A DNA stretch of 27,453 bases from assembly GCA_048940925.1 (NCBI GenBank), contig JBHLOC010000055.1, positions 1 to 27,453 of the forward strand, given 5' to 3'. This DNA is from Promethearchaeota archaeon (GTDB taxonomy: Archaea; Asgardarchaeota; Lokiarchaeia; Sigyniarchaeales; SOKP01). A program made the translations under genes and the position numbers. The notes beneath the pieces were generated by a model. The model searched no databases and had not been told where the DNA came from. It saw only the letters and a program-made list of their open reading frames with translations. Shown here one piece after another: positions 26,608-27,453 of this stretch. The first letter of the stretch is position 1, and each line of letters begins with the position of its first letter.

Positions 26608-27453
26608 TCAATACAAATCTGACGGTAAAATGGGACGAGTAAGAAGTGTTTCAAAATCCTTAGGAGAGGGACGTAGTCCAAGCTTCTTTTTAATTAGATT
26701 TTCGCCAATAAAATAAGTAAAAACATAAGTAGACCAAAGAGGATGGCGAATAAATTTTAATTGTTGTCGTATGTATTTTTCTGGATAGAAACCAAAATTT
26801 AATACATATTTTACCATTTGATTATCAGACCAACCATCTACATGAGCATGGATGGCAAGATTATTAAAAAGCCCAGATAATTTATCCCAAGCTTTCCCCT
26901 GGAGCAACAATAATTCAATATCCTCATTTTGAGCATTAGGGCATAATTTTTCTAAGCTAATTTTTACTTTTTCACGAGCAGAAAATAATACATCTATACC
27001 AGTATTTCCTATACCTTCAGCGATTACTGCTTCAGGAGTGGGTATTAAGAGGATAGCATGTTCAAACCTATTTTCTTCCTGATAAAGCTTTTTTTCTTTA
27101 ATAACATGTTCCGTATGATGTCCTGGATATCCCTCATGAGTAGCTAGCTTCAAAAATCTAGTCCATTCTATTGGTAAATCTATATTTACATCAATCCTCG
27201 ATTTATGATTGCCCAAATACCAATTATAAGCAGACCAAGGTTCATTTTTAACTATTTTAATCGCAAGTTCTTCATCTTTTGGCAAAAGATGTGGATAAAT
27301 TTCATATGTTTGTTCTCGAGAAATTTCTAAAGCTGTATTAAAAGTTTCTTCTATTTTATCATTTGGAACTTCATGGCTTTTTTTTGCTTCTTTTATTCGT
27401 TCAAGTAGAGGTCCAGACCCTTCATATAAAGCTTCTAATTCTTCTGCTACTTC
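26608..27453 (-). CDS. DUF885-like zincin metallopeptidase, 5'-partial (frame open to window edge)
   Basis: HEGYPGHH motif with a downstream EG, and YVFTY..G. Manual reading shows no stop between 27285 and 27453. Confidence 0.85.
   Translation of the reverse strand, partial: EVAEELEALYEGSGPLLERIKEAKKSHEVPNDKIEETFNTALEISREQTYEIYPHLLPKDEELAIKIVKNEPWSAYNWYLGNHKSRIDVNIDLPIEWTRFLKLATHEGYPGHHTEHVIKEKKLYQEENRFEHAILLIPTPEAVIAEGIGNTGIDVLFSAREKVKISLEKLCPNAQNEDIELLLLQGKAWDKLSGLFNNLAIHAHVDGWSDNQMVKYVLNFGFYPEKYIRQQLKFIRHPLWSTYVFTYFIGENLIKKKLGLRPSPKDFETLLTRPILPSDLY

Overview
AT-rich archaeal chromosomal window, most likely from an Asgard archaeon (Lokiarchaeia/Promethearchaeia-like). Evidence: GGTGA-type Shine-Dalgarno motifs, a Roadblock/LC7 protein, NosD-like beta-helix surface proteins (one with a Loki-CTERM-like tail), a tungsten-type AOR and many small Cys-rich proteins. 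Most of the window is ordinary accessory metabolism: AOR, MFS pump, MalY/PatB, methyltransferases, alpha/beta hydrolase, flavin reductase, haloalkane dehalogenase, radical SAM/SPASM and a DUF885-like peptidase. The standout is a two-gene unit at 1129-4386. The first gene encodes a ~790-aa protein with an F5/8-type (discoidin-like) domain and a Ser/Thr-rich, beta-pore-former-like region. The second, which the ORF track splits in two, is one 283-codon frame interrupted by a single in-frame TAG, encoding a Zn-ribbon plus PD-(D/E)xK-like nuclease. Together they are a candidate pore-former/translocase plus nuclease toxin or defence system, either readthrough-controlled or recently inactivated. Several unannotated small genes, decayed gene remnants and a GC-rich hairpin pair were also read directly from the intergenic DNA. 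No rRNA, tRNA, CRISPR array or intact transposase was seen. All family assignments are by-eye motif recognition, not database results.
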